A DNA stretch of 64,000 nt from positions 1,511,983 to 1,575,982 of the forward strand of contig NW_002060948.1 of assembly GCF_000150275.1 (NCBI RefSeq). Direction: 5' to 3'. The notes under the pieces were generated by a model. That model had not been told where the DNA came from. It worked only from the letters and a program-made list of their open reading frames with translations, and made no database searches. Below, piece after piece: positions 25,125 to 38,600 of the stretch. The DNA is from Trichoplax adhaerens. Its lineage: Eukaryota > Animalia > Placozoa. How positions within the stretch are numbered: the stretch's first letter is position 1; the number at the start of each line of letters is the position of its first letter. The translations under genes were made by a program, and so were the position numbers.

Positions 25125-27226
25125 ATGGCAATTAATTTAAACCATGAAGTTTTACCACCCGAGCTAATAAATTCAGTACAAGAGTTGAATTCTTCCATTG
25201 ACAAAGTTGATAAAATCTTGGATCAAATTATTACCAACCAATTTGCTGATAATATTGATAAGGTAGGTTGGTATATAAACATTGAACACTTGTGGTGGAC
25301 ATCCAAGTACAGTACAGCATGATATGATGCTGCCTTCTACAATTTAAAATGAATGAATGAATGAAGAAGATTTATGTAGTGGTTGTCCATGGCTGATGCA
25401 GGGACTTGTCAAAAGTCCCTGACTGATGTTCATGGCAAATCATGGCATGGTACAATCAGTCCAATTTTACTTCTCTATCATTCCGTATTTTCGTCAATAC
25501 TGCATGCATACCTACTAGACTGACCTGAATCTTTACACCGCATTAGTGCTAAACACTAATATTCATATACTGTACCGTACGCTTATTAGAAAGAATCTGT
25601 GCTGATTGTCAAACTTCACTATTTGTAATTGTCACCTGCACGAAATGGATCATTTATTCGTATGTGAATAATGAATGATCAACATCAAATTAACCTTCAA
25701 CCTTGATTTCGTTTTCTTTAGCTCGAACTATTGGATCAGGCGAAAGCTTACTTGGTGGTAACTTATGCCATGAATTCACTTTATTGGAGTACGTAAAGTA
25801 GTGAACGACATGATAAAGCAATAAAATCATCGCTTAATTTTAACGCCCACTGTTTCTCTGCACTTTGCATAGACTAAAGTTTCTACTGTACATACGAATA
25901 CACGCGTATTTTACTGGCATAACCTAATACAGCTGACCTTAAATCATGAATAATTATAATTATTTCCAATACACTCAAATTCGTGTGATTCATTATATAA
26001 GTAATCTATGATATGGTAGATAGCTATTCTGATACATTACACTCACATTAGAAGGAGTGTATTGATACTACAGTATCTTGGTATTAAATAGCATCTTGAT
26101 AAAAGATAATGCGTAACGGCAACGTTTTCACTTGAATATTTTGTATTGATCAATATAGTCTTAATCTCTTTTATTAGTGTACTTGAATACCCAAGGCATT
26201 TCACCCAAGGATCATCCTGTCAAACAGGAACTTGTAAGTTTATGATACTTACTACGCTATAATCAGTTACCTTATATTGTTGTACATGCTTGAATATAAT
26301 TAATAAGAGTAAAATGAAATTGGTTACGTTTCTAAATCACAATATTCTCCGACCAATTTTGTTTCGATAGTGTAATACTATATTTCGAAATAAAGGCTGA
26401 ATATTTAATAATAGGAAGTATTATGTTGTCGCTAGGATCGAATACGAACATACATGAATAAAGTACAGGCTCTCTACGACAAAAGAAAGGGTACTCAGAC
26501 ACTTCCTTTGATTATATTTATTTTCCATTAGCAATGAACGTAATTTCACTCTTACTAATCTTTTGTGAATGTACGGTAAAAATACTGCTTAATGTTCATT
26601 ATGTAACATACTACAGTGATAAAATTATGGCTGCTTGAAATGCATATTAATTTTAGCTATTCCACTCTGTATTCTATATGAAACTTAAGTATTAATAGTA
26701 CAGTATTGCAAGTAACATAACTTTTACTGAATAGATTAACCAAGCCTTTGTAAAGTTAAGAATGACCAAAAGTAGCGTTTAAGCATTATTACATGTACAT
26801 ATGTGAATGGATTCTGAAATTAATTTTAGCGAAAAATCGTTATGCTCTTTTAGCAATGAAAGTAGATAAAAAAGCTGCAGGTCGAATTATAAAAAGTGCA
26901 CTAAAACAGCCGATTAAAAAGGATGAAGGTAAGTGATATACGTCACTAAATAGATACGACGTAATAGATTCTAATGAAAAAATGAACGTCTACAGAAAGT
27001 ACGCGTATGATATTACTGTTCTGTAATAGTCATTTAGGAAGGACGTACAGTATATTAAATTGATGATTTTGTCTAATACGTAGTGAATATGTTGTAAATA
27101 TTAATTGAATGCAATTCATCACTTAAAATTTTCGAAGCAGATAATACCAAATCTTCTCGTAAACTTGAAAAAGTACGCAAGGCGGCGGCAAACAAGAAAA
27201 GGAAGATCGATCATTCCACATCATAG
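25125..27226 (+). CDS. C1D: C1D / Rrp47 nuclear exosome cofactor, 6 coding exons
   Basis: LLDQAKAYLVVTYAMNSLYW, YLNTQGISPKDHPVKQEL, DRIRTYMNKV and KVDKKAAGRIIKSAL, followed by a basic tail (NKKRK). Exons start at about 25125, 25722, 26178, 26436, 26854 and 27141. Confidence 0.93.
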
Positions 27227-28311
27227 AAATAACTGGTTCTGTTCTACTTTCAATCTAAACTAGCTTCACTAGTCAATAAAATATAAGTATGTGTATCTGA
27301 ATTCTACTACATTGTATACCTTTCATTCACACATTACTTATTGCGAATTCTGTTAGATGTAAAATCCTCTAAACACGTACTAGGTTAATATTTTTATTTA
27401 AAACTAACTTACAACAGATTCAGCACTCTATGCATTGGTACAAAATTCGATGATTTTTATGGTACAGATGCATTAATCAATAATTATTATTATACTGCTG
27501 AAATTGCAATATATTTGGCGATAATATTTTTTAATGAAATTCGTAGCTTGCATCTGTTTCGTTGCAATACTGCAATTACTGTGTATTGATTAATTATTAT
27601 ATTACTACTATGCATGCTGTTACAAATAGAGACCATTTCTGCGTAGTCGATTATAATCATCGTAGATGAGTAATATACACAGTTAACTTAGAAGATAAAG
27701 CTCCTTAGTAGGTTGTTACTGTATAACATTCAAAGCAACATCACAAAATATAAACATTTCCCGATTTTCAAATTTATGACTGCATTTGTTTAATTAAGCT
27801 GGATTTTATTAAGTCTATCCAAGCATATCAAAATTTTTGTCACCTTAACAGCTAGCATTGAGAATAGTTGAAAAAGTATGTGAATGGTTTCGAAATCAAT
27901 AAAATGTATTGATAAAGACATACAAGTATTGCTGTAAAATCTTAAACTGATATTTACCTTTACATCTAGAAATAAAATGCCTGCGACACAATAGTATTGG
28001 TGTTGCGCTGGGTAATAGTATGCCCACAGCAATTCGTCATTGTTTGTATCTCGTAACAGCATTATAACGAACTGAGATCTTCTAACATCAACACTAATAA
28101 GGCATCATTATTGGAAGGTATTAAAGGATCAGTAAGTTTACGCTAAAAGTTAGCATAATGAGTGATTATATTTGCCTGCTTTACAACTTTCATAGAGAAT
28201 TTCTTAATATTAATCATAGTTTATAAGGATACCAATTACATTATAGGATTGTTGATGCTAATACAGTTATTTTCAATTATTTCACTTAGATACATACTGT
28301 ACGGAACTTAA

Positions 28312-30441
28312 TTAAATATTGTCGATATCAATATCATTGTCGTCTTCCTCTACTTTCTTCTCTTCCGGTACCTCATTGCTATAAACAATATCGTCCTCTT
28401 CCTCTGCAGATTCTTCTTCTGCTTCCTTTAACCACTTAATGAAAGGTTCCGCTTTTTGACGTATTTCAGCACCAACCTCTTTGCTTATGTATTTCTTTGA
28501 AAGCTGTTATTAAATTAAAGCAAAAGTTATCTTATTCGTTCCAATAAGGTATACTATAATTTCTCCCAATTACTTAGACGACAGTACAGACTGTACGATT
28601 CTAACCTTGGTGTACCAATGCAATAAGCTTTCCTCTTCTACATAGTCTTGATCGTACAACGTATGCAAAATTTGAGTCACCTTAGACATGAGCTCTTGAG
28701 GGTAAGACTTTCCAACCAATATTTCGAAGCCGTTCATTAAGTATCTTTGACATTTCTTAGCGTACTTGCGATCACCAACAAACTAGATAATACAATAATT
28801 TTCTTTAAATGCGAAATGCAAGGATAACATGCAAGCTATTATGCTATCAGTATCTATCGATAACATACACGTTATTCTATGTTATCAATATCTATCGCAT
28901 TTACGTAGTAAATACATTATAAAGGTTTACGAAAACGAACCCGTACGAATAGCTGCCGATAGAGCTTTATTTGAGATATAAAATCGGCGTTAAATAAGAG
29001 TTCGCAGAGGATTAAAGTAGCCTTTTCAGGAACATCTAATCTTTCAGCTTCTGCGAATATGTTATTTTCTTTTCCAATAATCTTATTCTCTTTCTTCAAT
29101 TTCTGTCATTAACACACATTTTAGCATCTCAAACAATTCTATTCTATTATAATCACCAATACGTACACCATACACAGAATAGAGCATTTCATGAGAAAAT
29201 AGCAAACATACCTCAGCATATGTATAAAAAATGTCTAATCGCTCCTTCTCTGATCGCTCTAAATCGTCGCTTAAAGTCAGGCCCTTGGCAGCGGCTGATA
29301 AATTTTCCATCCTTTCCTTAACTGCAGCCTCAGATGTATCAGCACTCCAGTCATCACGGTCTGAATGCTACAAGAATAATATGTTTATAATACAGTAACC
29401 TCCATAATATAGTAAAATTAATATCATCGATGTTAGCTATAGATTCATTGCTATACACACATACCCCATTAACAGACGTATTAATCGAGACATTGACAGG
29501 TGCATTATCAATCGAAGTGGTTCCTGCTGAAGTCTTACTAGCAGCCTTCTTCTCATTGCGCCCCTTTTTCCCTTTCCCTCTACAATTAATAATGATTCAG
29601 TTTAGAATGTGATCTAGCATAACTATTAACTGGATCAATATTAGAATTAATATTCAGACTTTTTGGTAGATTCCGAATTTGGCGGGTACTTTAATATAAA
29701 AGTAGACAGTTTATGTCGTAGATCGATCAGGCCATGATAGCCACATGCAAGACAAGATGTCTTGATCTTCTCCTTTCTTGAATCGACTGACTGTAAAAAC
29801 AGTAATTACTCTGAGAATATAGCGGACATAAATACAAACTGAGGTAACGACTACCATTGAACACTTACCAAATCAGTTTCAGGATTTTCACATTCTGGAC
29901 ATAGAACAAACTTCTTAATAAAGCCGTCTAGTATTTCCTGCAATTTCGACCCATCGTGAGATCCATTGACGATATAGCGATCATTTTTACTATCTAATTG
30001 AGTTTGAGCTCCAAGTTCACAACCAAAATACTTCGTGGGATCTAATTCGTGTTTCATTCAATTGGCAAGAGCTTATAAGTACTTGATAACACTTTATCCT
30101 TTAAATTCATAAACAACACAGTATAGGAAAATAAAATTTGAATAGCTTTACATGATGGAGGCCTTTGCAATGATTTAGCAATTTCAGTCATATTAACTAT
30201 GACAGTTTTAATTCCATTGCCTTTGCCTTCAACCTAGGTGTAAAATGACGATAGTAAACTTTACGTACAAATACATGATCAAGTTACATCACTAGAATAT
30301 GAAATTCAAATTCTATAAATAGGCTTCACTAACACAGACTCAATGTCATTCGCCATTACTGTTTTTTACCTTAGCTATGATGCGAGGCATTTTATACCGA
30401 TAGTATGGATCGTTATTGGCGCGATTGATATTGATAGACAT
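28312..30441 (-). CDS. EIF5: Translation initiation factor eIF5, multi-exon; non-coding first exon ends at 32584
   Basis: [24 protein letters not shown]|[28 protein letters not shown], zinc ligands CPEC and CLAC, W2 domain [16 protein letters not shown], and C-terminal DIDIDNI*. Confidence 0.96.
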
Positions 30442-32603
30442 TTTTGAAAATTTTCTAAATTTTCGTAATAGGTGGCACCGTTATGATTGGTATTAATGGT
30501 AATTTCCGATGGGATAACTGATAACTCATTAAAATACATATGCTCATTAAGGTGAACAGGAGTATTATTTTCCTTTCTGGCGTTTTCCGCGTAGGCTGTT
30601 AAAAAAAAAGGATACAAAACAATTAGGCGTTAGTAAACAGCATTCCGCATCACTTTAGCGCTGTACTTCTACGCAAAACGACGTTCATCACTCAAAAGGT
30701 AATAACATTAAGATTACTAGTCAATCAAATCATCCATCATTTTCAAGCGATGTTGAGAAAGAGGTACTGTAAACTATCGTCATTTAAGCACTGTATCAGA
30801 TCATAAAAACATTTACCAATACCTACTAAATATCAAGTGCCTAGGCTACTACTGTACATCAAAAGATAAGACAACTCTCATTCAATACCACCCTTAAGTA
30901 ATGCAGTAAATCACAACTTTAAATTTCGAATCGATGGGATATTCCTATAGACTTGTCAACCAAACTGATGAAACGAAATTGAATTTACTCCACGGACATA
31001 TGTTATGCACAATTTCATTACTGTCAATAAAGCAACGTAGCTCTAGTTTGTGCTCATCAGTCTACAGTACCATTCCTAATATAGGTTAGCTTCACTCGCT
31101 GTTTTAATTAAAATTGATTAGCTAGTAAGTGATATGAATAAAAAGTGTCGCAATACAGTAGTTAGCTTATCGCATCAATGGGATTCTACCCGTAATGGCT
31201 AGAGAAACTAACAGCAATTTAATTACAGTCGCTAAGCAATAATTGTTTACGACTGATCCACGTGAACAGCCAAATGTATGGCAGATATATCACTTTGCCC
31301 TAGCAGTACAGTACCGTTCGTACAGTACTGAGAAAGAGTACAGCAACCAATACAGTACAGTATTGTATTCCTTACTGTTGAGTAGTGTATAGTATATTGT
31401 ATCTATGATATGTAGAGTAAATCACTATACGGCAAAAATCGCGTGTTTCCGATAGAGAATTATGGTACGTAGCTGCTCTTCGGCATTAGAATTACCCGGG
31501 ATTTCGTGTAAAATAGCATAAAAATCCTGCTAAGCAAGGAATGCGACAGAAATTAAGAGCAAACTTAAACCCAGTCTCATTTTACCACCATGAAAATGAA
31601 AATAATCAGTAGACAATTATAAGTTTAATGTGTTGCTTATTCTCTAGTTACTGGCATGATTAAAAACTGTTTAACTGTATTGATTTCAAGCACGGATTGT
31701 CGATACATAAGCTTGAAAGCGACTGATTTTATTCCATTTTGAAGTCCTTGGTGTTAGCATAATCATCAAATTTCGACTCTATTATTACAGTACAGGAACA
31801 CATGATCATGCTTTGTGGAAAGATACCATCATGGTTGTAGCACTTTGATACATTGTGTAGCGTAGTCAAAACCAAAATGACCAACACAATCGTATACCGT
31901 ACAAGGAAAGTAAAACTCCAGTAATATTGCAGCCAGATCGGTCTTCCATCGATACTTGCTTTCGCTATCAAGTTCAACATGCTGCCCTATACATAAATGA
32001 GTCAATCTGATGTAACAAATTGTAATAACATACGCACATCTGCACATCGTTCCCACTTCGCAGCTATCTTAATCTATATACAATTAGACTGAAAATCAGT
32101 GATTGTCCCTTCTTGGTCATACTGTGCGGAGATCGTATGACATTTTACTAGAAATCAACTTTGTCATCATAACACATAGCAGTTGAACCTGTAGTACAAC
32201 AGCAAAGGAAATTTCCAGGCAAATCAATTCAAAATCGAAATGACTAATTTCTTGGTGCCCCCCCCCAAACTGAACAGTGAAACGCTCAATAGAGTATACT
32301 ACATCAAACTTATTTTGTAACTATCATTTCACATTGGAAGCAATTATCCATGACGTACAACAACTTGACAGTAAAAGCGCGACAGCACATTTCACTGCAG
32401 TAAAAAAAAGAAAATAACGTGATCCAAATTGTCTCTAGTCTATCATAGACACAATGCAATAAATCACCAAAAGAACTACCTCGAAAAGAAAGCAAAATAA
32501 AATCATTTGACTATCAATCTTGCGTTGAAGAATGTAGGAAAGTTGTCAGTGAGTAGGTGAAAAAAGATAGAAATCCCTCTTACCTTTGAAGAACTTCATA
32601 CAT
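30375..32603 (-). promoter_or_regulatory. Upstream ORFs in the spliced EIF5 leader
   Basis: TTTATGTATG at 32606-32597 lies just before the donor AG|GTAAGA (32584). The acceptor has branch point TACTAAC (30635-30629), a poly-T tract and CAG| at 30595. The uAUG2 frame stays open past the main AUG to TAG at 30375. Confidence 0.6.
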
Positions 32604-32837
32604 AAAGTGAACTGCAAAATCCTCACTGATTCGCTTGAAGCAAGGTACCCGTCTATTATACTGGTGCTACTGGCTACAGTCTACAGTGCACAGTATAACA
32701 CTGCAGTACTGTATTGCACGTACTGTACACTGTAGATATGGACCAATTTCCTACGTTGGCCGTCATATCGGGTCGGGCAATATGGACGTTTCCCCGGCCC
32801 TCCCCCGGCCGGAGGTAGATTCTAGTTTATTGTTCAA

Positions 32838-33545
32838 TCACTGTCAAACGTGCATGATATTAACAGTGACATCCTTTTAGCTATCGCCTTACCATCCGTA
32901 GAGTATAGTCTCTGTCAGTATAACATATACTGTCTATTTTTGATCACTGTCAAAAATGTGTATGATATTAACAGTGACATCCTTTTTGCTACCGAGTTGC
33001 ATGTATAGAGTACAGGCCTGTCAGTATACGTAGTACTGTATACCTATAATATACGCCTATGATGTCTATTGTAATCACTATAAAATGTGTATGATATTAA
33101 CAGTGACATCCTTTTTGCTACCGAGTTGCATGGATAGAGAGTACAGGCCTGTCAGTATACGTAGTATACCTATAATATACAGTACGATTATGCTGTCTAT
33201 GGTTTAATCACTATTCAATGTGTATGATATGATATTAACGGTGACATCCTTTTTGCTACCGAGTTGCATGTATAGTCTATAGAGTACAGCCCTGTCAGTA
33301 TACGTAGTATACCTATGCTGTCTATCGTTTAATCACTATAAAATGTGTATGATATTAACAGTGACATCATTTTTGCTATCCAATTGCCATCCGTAGAGTA
33401 CTGTACATTGTATAAGTGCCTGTCAGTAGAATATTATACAGTACAGTCTATTTTGAACCGTTGTAAATCGTGTACGATATTAACAGTGACATCATTATTG
33501 CTATCGAGTTGCCATCCGTAGAGTACTAGTAGTACAGTGTACAGT
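32838..33545. repeat. Tandem array, six copies of a ~110-135-bp unit
   Basis: Core GATATTAAC(A/G)GTGACATC at about 32856, 32964, 33094, 33231, 33351 and 33476. Confidence 0.9.
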
Positions 33546-35677
33546 CCTTGTTTGTCCGAATCATTCATTAGCTCATTTATACTACGCCAGTTGAACATCA
33601 TCACCAACAGCACATATGGTACAAATCCCTAGCAAAAAGGATGTCAACGATACAAGCCTATGGAACTATACTACTGACTACAGAGTAGTACAGCATCAAA
33701 TGCCAGCTGCGGGCTCCTGACTATAAGTATTTTATTAATTCAAAAAATAATGTCGCCCCTTGTACAGGAGAAATTGAATTGGTAGAGAAAAGTTCGTACT
33801 GTAGCTACGGTGCAAAATTCATGACACTACGGTGCAAAAATTGAGGTGGCGACGTTATTATGATTATTTTGGGGGGATACTTGTATATTAAAAAGGCAAA
33901 GAGAGGAAGAGACAGGCAACGGCCGTTTATTGCAAAAGAATAATCAGGCTAACTATTTTCTGCTTATTCTATTATGCTAGCGACTATCACTGAAACCGTA
34001 TACGACACTGTACAGTGCAGTGTACAGCTAATCTGGATGACCATTGCGGACAGTATAGTGTATCATTTTAGCACATATATCTCTCTTTCCTTTTCTACCA
34101 TGATAGTACCAGTTAGCAGTGCTAGTATAGTACAAACTCTGCCACTGTAAATGCTCACATCCAGTGGCATCCTATTTTGTCAACATTGGTGGTCGCTGGT
34201 CCTAGTCAAAGACCTCTTGAACTTGAAAGTTGCAAGTTGAAAAGTCCATGCTACCGTATTGTTGCAGCCAGTGCAGTACTGAGTACAGGTATCAAATGCT
34301 CACATCCGGTTACATCATAGTTTGTTCAGACTGCAACCGAATACGGTACAACACTACCACTGTGGAAATCTCATTGAATCCATTCGATGATGTCGTTTAT
34401 TGACTCTGGTGGAAAACGGTGGGGAAAAAAGGGAAAATTTGCATAATTTGGATAAAAATAGATCATATTGTAAATCATTCCAATCTGCATTCTATTGAGG
34501 ATTCCAAGTGAAACACTTACCACATAAACTGTGTACGGCGACGTGATCAATAATCGATGATATCGAATTCATACTGATAATATAATAGAAGCTTGCTGAC
34601 ATATTAATCGCGATAATGGCAAGAAATTGGGTAAGTTGATCAAAAATAAGTATAGGGTATCTAGATATAGCTCTATTAATAACAACCCAACCAAAGATAA
34701 AAAGTCTTATGTACGGGATAGTCCGTAGTCGGTAGATCAAGGATAATTAACGACAGCCAGTGAAAACGATGGATACTGTTGATTATTAGCAATAGGAGAG
34801 ACGAAAATTATAAATCTTAATCTTAAAATATACAAGGACAACTATACAGTATTATAGATTAACGTAGATAATAAAGATAAGCGCAACTTTGTTATCCAAA
34901 AAAACTGCTTGGCCTTGAATTAAAAACAGTTTATACTACTGTAGTAATAGAACAGAATAGAAGGTTAGTGTTTTTAATAGCATAAAAAGAGTATCTCTAT
35001 ATTGCAGACCAAGGGCCAATGAAAATTGGCTTCATTTCATTGTCAAATAACTTGTTAACTCTGAACTGAAAGTGATTTATGCTGTAGCACTGTAGTAATG
35101 ACGGAATTGAAAATAACACACTAAGCATAACTGTATTATAGATTAAGGCAAGATGAAAATAAATACCATTTATGGTAGAAATGTGTACCGTATATATATA
35201 TACTGACTAAGCTGAAAGCGATTTAAAACGCTTTAGCAATTGCAGAATGGAAGATTAGCATCTTTAACTTAATACAGCAGAATACACGAATGAGATGACC
35301 TATGGGCCACTAGGAGGAGACTGGTATTCTTCTACAATCCATAGATGATCTTATTAGCGGTGAAAACATGCGTAAAAACATTACATAATTTCAAGTATAA
35401 AAAGTAGTTTGTCATCGTTTTAGTACTTTAACATCGTAGACATGGAAGATTGGCAGTTCAATAACTTCACAAACTACACGTTCAATTGAATACTATATCA
35501 ATGCTCCATGACATAGAATTATGCTATACGCATGTTAACAACATTATGCTACATATACTGTACTTTGAATTCTATACATGATTAGGCTGCAAGTGTAAGT
35601 AACTTATTGATTCTATTCCTCAATATATAAACATTTACATGAAAAATAAAAACTGTTGATTATGGATTGTATTTATA

Positions 35678-38600
35678 ATGCAGATCCCTGGCTTGCTGTT
35701 GAGCCTCCTTTTATCCTGTTTATTTCTCTCCGTTTCTACTGAAGATGCTATACCAAACGAAGTAATAGAACAATTTCTTACATCAAATCACCATAATGAG
35801 ACAGATTTTCAAAATGTGCAGGTAAGAAGACACTGACGTAGAAGAGAATTGGGGTCATTTTTAGATGCAATAATACCATGATAGTGACGAAAATGGTACT
35901 TACCAATATTAATAGATTAATATGAATCAATGCTTGACTTTTAAATTGTACACAACGTTGCATAACTAGCGCAGCGGAAATAATAATTAAAACTTTATAA
36001 AGTACAATTTAAGAAATAAGGCCAAAAAAATTTACAGGTTATCAATAATTAAATGGTAAGAATCGTTTCTAATAACGCCAAAATAAAGCTTTCGATTTAC
36101 CTGTGGTCCTCATTGAAATAAAAATTTTCTTTTACACAGTAATTCACTTATACAATAATCCAATATACACTTCTATTGTCTGGTAGCATTCTAGATGATC
36201 CATTTGTAAATGTCTCATCGACTGTACTGCAGTAATAGAAAAGCAAAAAATTTCATAGAAAGAGTACGGTTACCATTGGGATCTATACCGTGATCATATT
36301 CACTGATGATATGTTGCCAATAAAAATTGGCAAATGATGCAAAACGTCATGCATAAACAATTTACATGGTAGTACTTGTTCTAATTTAATGGATATACCA
36401 TATACCGTAGTCGTTTTAAGTAAGGTAGCATTAGCTATAAGTAAATCTGCACCATAAGTATCGATAACCCGTTGCATACTTACTCGTAAACTATCCAGTA
36501 GCTATACTCCTGCTAAATCAATTATTATTTTTCACCTTCTAGTGCGATTACATCCATAAAATTAATGCGTCGTTTCAATGCCTATTCGTAAAACGAAATA
36601 TCGACTGCAATAACATCGATGGATTAATTAACTACTTGTCCTTAATTTATTGTCAACTTTCGTTAAGACTTCGCCCATTAGCATTAGCTATTCTGGTAAG
36701 CATTACATAACATCATTTGTAATTACTTAATGAATCAATCTAGAATAGCGTTAATCAAAAAGAACCATTCTTTGATCAAATTTTAACTTATAAATATAAT
36801 ATTAATAAATATAAGGAGTCTCTCAAAAATATTCTATGCTGTATTCCTCCTACATCATATTTAAAGTAAACAACTTATTGCTAACTACTGTAGATACTAT
36901 GGCTACTTGTACTCTTTATACTATTGGCTATTACTGCCGAAGACTTGTAAGATATCATTTCTCATTCAAATACTATTACAACCTACCTACTTACTAATTA
37001 TTCATAATCATTTTGCCTTTGAATTCTTTGTCATCTTGTCACATTATATTTTTAGTTTTTGCCCATCCTTGACGATCATTTCCCAATGTTTGAAATTAAA
37101 TCAGAACATTGCAATATCCTTATTTACTAGCTTGATATTAAAAACAAATTTGAAAGAATGCATTTCTTGCTGTATGAAAATCAATGGAGATAAAATCATT
37201 AGAATTCTTTAACTACTATTTACGGTGTAACTTTATTAGCTTTTGGAAATGGAGCCCCTGATATCTTTAGTGCCATTGCTGCAACGACTAGTACAAAATC
37301 GGGCGGGAGCGGTCTGGCTGTGGGAGCATTGTGTGGTAGGCTGTAGATTTGAAAATGGCGATATTTACTGTTTTGATAATAGTAATTAGTAATTTCAACT
37401 CTAACAAAGGGATGCTTACTCATTAGGTGCTGGCATGTTTGTTACGAGTATTATTGTTGGCACAATTGGTTTTCGTCATAATTTTACTGTTACTCGAAGG
37501 CCATTCTACAGAGATCTACTATTTTATGTCGCAGGTGTTTCTTTATTATTCTACATTCTGTACTACGGTCACATGAAAATAGCGTATTCCTTGGGTAAGT
37601 TACAATATTAAATGTAAATTTAAATCTTCTCCAGAGCTATGATCTTTTTAGAATATTGTTGTCGAATTTTGTTTTTCCAGTATGTACTTAATAAGAGCCA
37701 AAAATTCTATACTCGCATTCTAGGTTTCATTGGCTTGTACATAGTCTACGTCCTCGTTGTATGCATCAGCCGATACATTCGACAAATGTCGAAATCTAAG
37801 CGTGAACTTAATCGACAGTCTGATATTCCGAGTAAATCTGATATAAAAAAGTCTTTGATTTATATAATAAATATGACCTGCATGAAGTCAATCAATGCTT
37901 ACAGCAAATATTTTATTCGTGGGTATAAAAAGTTATCTTGAAATTTATCATTATTTCTAGATCCAGTAGTTGCTCCTGTTGGCAATGAACTAATAGGAGA
38001 AGTTTCTGAAGGTGATGGCGAACAGATGGAGAGAGCTGATACCCCTAATGATACCCGTAGAGGCAATGATGCTATTCCCAATTTAGATGGCTTAACTGGT
38101 CTAACAAGTAAGCTAGTAAACTAATTTAATTTAAAATATCTGTCAATGTACCTTTGCCGACTATTGTATCCCTTAAACACGAGTGTATATTCTTTCAATC
38201 TTGTAGAAGCGTTAGCTGCTACAGAAATTCTCGGCACTGCTATGATTAGCCATGATAACCCACCTTTGGTCGCTAACGAGATAGAACAAGACGAAATTGA
38301 AAATTCTCCTAACTTTAATAACCACGAATTAAGAGGTAATAAATAACATTTTAAACAAATGATCATGATTAAACTTATCTCTATTACAGAAATTCAACAA
38401 TTTAATACCCTTAATGTATCGACAGATTCCGAAGATGATTGCCTAATTGGCTTTCAAACTCCTAGTTCAAGTTCAAGCCGACAATATAAGCGAGAATTTA
38501 AAACATTTTTAAAGTCGCTGTTGCCGTTTAATTGGCGAGAATGGAAAGAATCTAAGATTATTGCAAAAATATTTACTATAATTAAGGTTTTAATGTTATT

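Noticed and set aside
30685-30691. C-box-like GTGATGA on the minus strand in the EIF5 intron
   Set aside because: There is no CTGA D box at a suitable distance, and the region is better explained as the 3' splice-site structure.
32838-33545. Repeat-spacer appearance suggesting a CRISPR array
   Set aside because: The intervening sequences are homologous to each other, there are no cas genes, and the context is eukaryotic.
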